Assembly (NCBI GenBank): GCA_036406835.1
Contig: DASXAG010000080.1
Span: forward strand, 64,057 to 128,056
Reading direction: 5' to 3'
Length of the DNA stretch: 64,000 nt
From: Thermoanaerobaculia bacterium
GTDB taxonomy: Bacteria > Acidobacteriota > Thermoanaerobaculia > UBA5066 > Gp7-AA6
The notes under the pieces are model-generated. The model was given only the letters and a program-made list of their open reading frames with translations, was not told the DNA's origin and searched no databases. Each line of letters begins with the position of its first letter. The first letter of the stretch is position 1. This document shows, piece after piece, positions 59,288 through 64,000 of the stretch. A program made the translations under genes and the position numbers.

Positions 59288-60934
59288 TCAAGGCGGCCCG
59301 GCGTGGGCCCACCAGTCGAGGGCGCCCTGCGCGATTCCCGTTTCGGGAGAGAGCGACGCGCTTCCCTCGCGGATCGTCTCCGCGGACCACGGCGGCGGGA
59401 TGATCGGGAAGAGGAGAAAGTGCGCGGCGTCGTACGCGCCGCTCGAGACGATCGAGAGCCGGACGTCGCGCTGGAGGTTCGCGCTCAGGATCGACTCGGG
59501 AAGCGAAACGGTCAGAAACGGGACCGCCGGGTCGTAGTCGGCGTCCGTGGACGCGAAGAGCGGCTCGCCGGTCTCCGACCGGACCTCGAGCCCCGCCCCG
59601 GTGGGAAGCGAGAGCGGCGCGATGCGGACGTGAAGGGTCCCGGGTCCGCGCTCGGGCTGAGGTCGGGGGAGGCGCCCGCGCGGGATGACGAGCCGCAGCC
59701 GGACGCCCGCGGCCTCGATGCGGCCCCACTCCCAGTCCAGCACCTGCCGCTGCCACGCGACGAATCCGACGAGCAGCGCGAACGCGGCGGCCGCCGCGAG
59801 CCGGCGCCGCCGCCCCTGCAGACCCGGGACCGCCGCGATGCCGTAGAGCAGGAGCGACGGCAGGAAGGGGAGCGCGAGCCGCGGGAGCGCTCCGAGCACG
59901 AGTCCCTGGACGACGCAAAGCAGGAGCAGGAGCAGGCCGAGGAACTTCGCGAGCCGCGCGGGGCCGCGCCGCCCGACGACGAGGAGCACGACCATCGCCG
60001 CGAGCACGAGGAGCGGCGAGAAGACTCGGGAGACGGCGGTCGCGAGCTGGTACCCCGGCGACCAGCGGGCGTCGTAGTAGTCGGTGCCGAGGATCGCGTG
60101 GAGTCCGCGCCAGGCGAGCTGCCGGCCGCGATCGCCCGAATGTTCGGTGAAGGTCACCTGCCAGTTCGCGAGCGCCGTCCGCACCTGTTCGAACGGCGGC
60201 GGCTCCGGCCCCGGGTGCGGCGGCGTCCAGCCGTAGTCGAGGCTCCCCGTGACGAATGCGGGTGACATGCCGCGGAACGGATCGCCGGGCACCCGCGTGA
60301 GAAACCAGATCGGCGCGGACACGACGGCGAATCCGAGGAGGAGCATGCCGAGGCGCCGGAGCCGGGCCTCGCCGGCGAGCGCGATGCTCGCGGCCGCGAG
60401 CAGCACGAGCGCCGCTCCCGCGTTGGGCCGCACGAGGAAGAGGACGCCCGTGGCGCATCCGAGGAGTCCCGAGGTCCATGCCCGTGCAGGAGGATCGAGC
60501 AGCACGGCCGTCAGCGGGAGGAGCAGAGCGGCGGTCACGGCCTCTGACATCAGGGTGCTCGACGCGTCGCGCAGCCGCAGGAAGACGATGCAGGCGACGT
60601 AGAGGAGGATGCCGAGTCGCGGGCCGACGCGCCGTCCGAGCAGGATCGACGCGGCCGCGATGCCGAGCCAGAGGAGCACCGACTGGACGACGACGATGCG
60701 GCGATCCGCGCCGTCTTCGGGCCCGGCGGCGAGGACCGCGCTGAGGAACAGGATGTAGCCGGGCTTGGGAGGATGGTGCGGCGAGACGACCGGCGTCACG
60801 ATCCCCTCGCCCTGGCGCGCCCACCCGAGGTCGAGCGTGCTGTCGGACCACGAGACGACCGGCGCGACGAGCGCGGGGACGAGGTAGACGGCGAGGCCGA
60901 CCGCGGCGAGGCCGGCGTAGAGGAGACGCCTCAC
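59288..60934 (-). CDS. polytopic membrane protein, GT-C-like, with a soluble C-terminal domain
   Basis: GTG 60934 (GTGA overlap with the mpl stop) lies inside track ORF 59288..61960. At least 10 predicted helices, and a C-terminal beta-rich segment of about 150 aa. Confidence 0.45.
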   Translation of the reverse strand: MRRLLYAGLAAVGLAVYLVPALVAPVVSWSDSTLDLGWARQGEGIVTPVVSPHHPPKPGYILFLSAVLAAGPEDGADRRIVVVQSVLLWLGIAAASILLGRRVGPRLGILLYVACIVFLRLRDASSTLMSEAVTAALLLPLTAVLLDPPARAWTSGLLGCATGVLFLVRPNAGAALVLLAAASIALAGEARLRRLGMLLLGFAVVSAPIWFLTRVPGDPFRGMSPAFVTGSLDYGWTPPHPGPEPPPFEQVRTALANWQVTFTEHSGDRGRQLAWRGLHAILGTDYYDARWSPGYQLATAVSRVFSPLLVLAAMVVLLVVGRRGPARLAKFLGLLLLLLCVVQGLVLGALPRLALPFLPSLLLYGIAAVPGLQGRRRRLAAAAAFALLVGFVAWQRQVLDWEWGRIEAAGVRLRLVIPRGRLPRPQPERGPGTLHVRIAPLSLPTGAGLEVRSETGEPLFASTDADYDPAVPFLTVSLPESILSANLQRDVRLSIVSSGAYDAAHFLLFPIIPPPWSAETIREGSASLSPETGIAQGALDWWAHAGPP

Positions 60935-62337
60935 AGGCTCTCGAGGAGCGTCTCGGGCAGTCCGCCGAAGGCGCCCGACGACATGAGGAGCAGGACGTCG
61001 CCGGGCTTCGCCTCGCGCCGCAGGATCTCGGGAATCTCGGCGATCGTCTCGGGCGCGAAGGCCGGTCTTCCGTTCGCGGCGAAGCCGCGCGCGAGCGCAT
61101 CGCGGTCCAGGCGGACGTCCTCCGCCAGGCGCCGCGCGTGAAAGACCGGCGCGAGCACGAGCGCGTCGGCTCCCGCGAAGGCCTCCGCGTACTCGTCCTC
61201 GAACATCTTGCGTCCGGCGGTGTTGGAGCGGGGCTCGAAGAGCGCCCAGATCCTGCGGCCGGGAAATCGGGCGCGGGCCGCCTCGAGCGTGCTCGCGACC
61301 GCGGTCGGGTGGTGCGCGAAGTCGTCCACGACGACGATGCCGTTCTTCTCGCCCTTGACCTCCAGCCGCCGCCGGACGCCCGCGAAGCGGGGAAGGGAAC
61401 GGGCGACCTCGGACGCCGACAGTCCGGCGAGGCGCGCGAGCGCGATCGCCCCGAGAGCGTTGCGGACGTTGTGCGTGCCGAGGAGGGGCGAGCGGAGCCG
61501 CGCGGTCGGCAGGCCCGCCTCGAGGAGGGTGAAGTCGGTCCCCTCCGCGTGGAACGCGACGTCGCGCGCCGAGAAGTCCGCGCCGGGATCCGCGAGCGAG
61601 ACGCGGATGAGCGGCGCCCGCGCGTCCCGCGCCGTCTCCATCACGCGCGGATCGTCGGCGTTGACGACGACGGCGCCGCCCCCGTCGCCCGGCACGAGGG
61701 CCACGACCTTGCGAAAGGCGTCTTCGATCGAGGCGATGTCCGGATACAGGTCCGCGTGGTCGTACTCGATGTTCCCGACGAAGAGGAGCCTCGGCTCGTA
61801 GTGGAGGAACTTGGGCCCGCGGTCGAAAAAGGCGGCGTTGTACTCGTCGCCCTCGAGCACGAAGTGCGGGCCCGCGCCCCGGCGGTACCCGCGGCCGAGG
61901 TTCCTGAGCTCGCCGCCCACGATGAAGCCGGGATCGCGTCCCGAGTCGAGCAGGAGCCACGCCGTCAGCGCCGAGGTCGTCGTCTTGCCGTGCGTGCCCG
62001 TGATCACGATCGACGTCTTCCCGGGCAGCAGGTACTGGCGCACGGCCTGTGGCAGGGAGAGGACGGAGAGGCCGCGGCGCGTCGCCTCGGCCGCCTCGAC
62101 GTTGTCCCTGAGGGCCGCGTTGCCCACGATGACGACGTCGCAGTCCGCGGGAACGTGCTCGGCCGCGAAGCCCCGGGCGACGGAGACGCCCAGCCGCTCG
62201 AGCGTCGTGGACATCGGCGGGTAGAGAGGGCCGTCGCTTCCGGTGACCTTGTGCCCGCGCTCGATCAGGAGGGCCGCCAGCGGAACCATGGCCGTCCCGC
62301 CGATCGGAACGAGGTGGAATCGCCGGATTTCCGTCAT
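60931..62337 (-). CDS. mpl: UDP-N-acetylmuramate:L-alanyl-gamma-D-glutamyl-meso-diaminopimelate ligase (Mpl), MurC-related
   Basis: 468 aa with HLVPIGGTAMVPLAALL, SDGPLYPPMS, GTHGKTTTSAL and EGDEYNAAFFDRGPKF. This pattern is Mpl-type rather than MurC-type as far as I can judge. Confidence 0.8.
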   Translation of the reverse strand: MTEIRRFHLVPIGGTAMVPLAALLIERGHKVTGSDGPLYPPMSTTLERLGVSVARGFAAEHVPADCDVVIVGNAALRDNVEAAEATRRGLSVLSLPQAVRQYLLPGKTSIVITGTHGKTTTSALTAWLLLDSGRDPGFIVGGELRNLGRGYRRGAGPHFVLEGDEYNAAFFDRGPKFLHYEPRLLFVGNIEYDHADLYPDIASIEDAFRKVVALVPGDGGGAVVVNADDPRVMETARDARAPLIRVSLADPGADFSARDVAFHAEGTDFTLLEAGLPTARLRSPLLGTHNVRNALGAIALARLAGLSASEVARSLPRFAGVRRRLEVKGEKNGIVVVDDFAHHPTAVASTLEAARARFPGRRIWALFEPRSNTAGRKMFEDEYAEAFAGADALVLAPVFHARRLAEDVRLDRDALARGFAANGRPAFAPETIAEIPEILRREAKPGDVLLLMSSGAFGGLPETLLESL

Positions 62338-62437
62338 GTTTCGAGTGGAGTCTGGTCTAATAGAGGGGATTTAGGAAATAACCCGTAATTTCCGGGCGTT
62401 TCGCGCCTTTGGCATCCCATACAGGAGGAAACGGAAG

Positions 62438-63535
62438 ATGCGTCACGTTTTGAGAATCGGCCAGCTCGCGCTCGCCGCGGTCCTGGTCTCGGGCGTCGCC
62501 CTGGGCCAGAAGCCCGCCGACGCCAAGCCGGCGGCACAGGCGCCCCCGGGCCAGACGGCCAAGGCACCGGCCCCCGCCGCCGCGGGCAAGGCCGTCGCCG
62601 CCCCCAAGATCGAGATCGCCCAGGAGACCAAGGAGATGGGGACGGTCCCGAAGGGCCAGGTCATCGAGACCGACTTTCTGATCAAGAACGTCGGCGGCTC
62701 GGATCTGGTCATCACCGACGCGCGTCCGTCCTGCGGATGCACGGTGTCCTCGTTCGACAAGCTCATCAAGCCCGGCGCCGAGGGCAAGGTCCACACGAGC
62801 GTCGACACGAAGAGCTTCTCCGGCCCGATCTCGAAGTCGGTCCTGGTCGTCTCGAACGACCCCGACCGGCCGCAGATGAACCTGTTCGTGAAGGCCCTCG
62901 TGAAGCCGTTCGTCGACGTCGCCCCGCAGGCGTACGTCCGCTTCTCGGTCGTCAAGGGCGACCCGGCCTCGCAGGACGTCGTGCTGATCTCCGAGGAGAA
63001 GGGCTTCAAGCCCACCGTGGCCGAGACGGCGCAGCCCTACGTCAAGGCCGAGGTCTCGCCGGCCGGCGACAAGGACAAGATCGCCGGACGCCCGGGCGAG
63101 CAGTACAAGCTCGCGATCTCCGTCACGCCCGACGCGCCGGAGGGACTCCTCAACGCGCCGGTGCGCCTGACGACCGGCGTCGCGCAGCAGCCGAACCTGG
63201 AGATCCCGGTCTCCGGCATCGTCCGCCCGCGCGTGTCGGTCACGCCGATCACGGTCAACTTCGGGAACTTCACGCCGAGCAAGGACCCCATCACGCGCAA
63301 CATCGTCGTCACCAACAACAAGCCGGGCAACCCGGTGAAGGTGACGAAGGCCGAGGTCTCCGTGCCGGGCTTCATGACCGACGTCGTCCCCACGCAGGAG
63401 GGCGTCTCCTACACGGTCGTCGTCAAGGCGAGCGACAAGGTCAAGAAGGGCGCGGTCGACGGGAAGGTGACGCTCTACACCTCAGACAAGGAGAAGGGCG
63501 TCATCGAGATCCCGCTCAAGGGCGAGGCGCTGTAA
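62438..63535 (+). CDS. DUF1573 domain-containing secreted protein
   Basis: 365 aa with a signal peptide and an Ala/Pro-rich linker. FLIKNVGGSDLVITDARPSCGCT is the DUF1573 hallmark. Further Ig-like beta domains follow. Confidence 0.75.
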   Translation: MRHVLRIGQLALAAVLVSGVALGQKPADAKPAAQAPPGQTAKAPAPAAAGKAVAAPKIEIAQETKEMGTVPKGQVIETDFLIKNVGGSDLVITDARPSCGCTVSSFDKLIKPGAEGKVHTSVDTKSFSGPISKSVLVVSNDPDRPQMNLFVKALVKPFVDVAPQAYVRFSVVKGDPASQDVVLISEEKGFKPTVAETAQPYVKAEVSPAGDKDKIAGRPGEQYKLAISVTPDAPEGLLNAPVRLTTGVAQQPNLEIPVSGIVRPRVSVTPITVNFGNFTPSKDPITRNIVVTNNKPGNPVKVTKAEVSVPGFMTDVVPTQEGVSYTVVVKASDKVKKGAVDGKVTLYTSDKEKGVIEIPLKGEAL

Positions 63536-63550
63536 AGAATTTCAGATCTT

Positions 63551-63650
63551 CGATTTTGGATTTTGGATGGGGCGGGTTGATCCCGCCCTTTTCATTTTTG
63601 GATTTTCGTCGGAGGCTCGGGGCGCAATCCAAAATCGAAAATCCAAAATC
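63551..63650. repeat. inverted arrays of the heptad GATTTTG/C flanking the terminator
   Basis: CGATTTTGGATTTTGGAT 63551-63568. TTTTTGGATTTTCG 63595-63608. ATCCAAAATCGAAAATCCAAAATC 63627-63650, which is the reverse complement orientation with 3 units. 63596-63608 can pair with 63636-63648 (13 bp). Confidence 0.55.
63570..63599 (+). terminator. Rho-independent terminator after the DUF1573 gene
   Basis: GGGCGGG (63570-63576) pairs with CCCGCCC (63582-63588) around loop TTGAT, followed by TTTTCATTTTT. Confidence 0.65.
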
Positions 63651-64000
63651 AATCTGGCGGTTTGGTCGAGACCGCCAGCCCGCCGTTCACGGGAATGACG
63701 GCCGGAACGTTGACGTGGGTCGCCGAGGGCGCGCCCACCCCCGCCCGCGCGCCGCTTGCCGCGGCGCCGCCCGCACCACCCGCCGGCGCCCCGCTGCCGC
63801 CCTGCATCGGGAGGTCGCGGATCCGGACGAGGTCTGCCTTCGCGGGCACTGCGGCCTCCTCCGCGGTGATCGGCGAGACCTTGCGCAACTCGGTCTTGCG
63901 AATGCTCATCATCTTGCCGTCCGGATAGGCATGGAAGATCACCGCGTAACCCTTGTCGATCGGCGCTCCGATCGCGACGAAGCTGCCCGAGGGCGCCACC
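63649..64000 (-). CDS. hypothetical protein, probably 5'-truncated by the window edge
   Basis: Track ORF 63649..63999. The apparent GTG at the window edge is likely not the true start. The C-terminal part is Gly/Ala/Pro-rich. Codon usage fits but no motif was recognised. Confidence 0.35.
   Translation of the reverse strand, partial: VAPSGSFVAIGAPIDKGYAVIFHAYPDGKMMSIRKTELRKVSPITAEEAAVPAKADLVRIRDLPMQGGSGAPAGGAGGAAASGARAGVGAPSATHVNVPAVIPVNGGLAVSTKPPD

Noticed and set aside
63551-63650. The repeated AT-rich units as a possible mini-CRISPR array
   Set aside because: The units are 7 nt, not 25-40 nt. There are no spacers of constant length and no cas genes in the window. It is kept as a repeat/terminator finding instead.

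Overview
By eye this window is very GC-rich, with third codon positions almost all G/C. It is the replication-origin neighbourhood of a bacterial chromosome. The left third carries the classic origin string: mnmG, (a B12-type radical SAM gene), mnmE, jag, yidC, yidD, rnpA and rpmH on the minus strand, then dnaA, dnaN, recF, gyrB and gyrA on the plus strand. TTCCACA-type DnaA boxes sit on both sides of dnaA, and an AT-rich patch lies before dnaN. The rest is mostly housekeeping and envelope genes: a PQQ-like propeller protein, a degenerate transaldolase-like gene, pdxR-pdxS-pdxT, a crotonase, an outer-membrane operon, dprA, topA, trmFO, xerC, hslV, hslU, dapF and mpl. The six genes dprA-topA-trmFO-xerC-hslV-hslU keep the order and orientation known from Bacillus subtilis, but four cargo blocks interrupt them. 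The least explainable blocks are a tightly coupled methyltransferase / GT2 / two SPASM-type radical SAM operon and a 994-aa FG-GAP/IPT/SLH-like secreted protein that splits hslV from hslU. A palindromic GTCATCCCGAG...GGGATCCC repeat family marks three block boundaries. I found no rRNA, tRNA, CRISPR array, transposase, or recognisable phage or defence genes. Many junctions are 4-nt ATGA/GTGA overlaps. All product calls rest on motif and architecture recognition by eye; no database search was run. The very long ORFs antisense to real genes are treated as high-GC shadow ORFs. The lineage cannot be fixed from this window alone. DUF1573, PD40/Omp85 and GT-C-rich content suggests an Acidobacteriota-like diderm, but that is only a guess.
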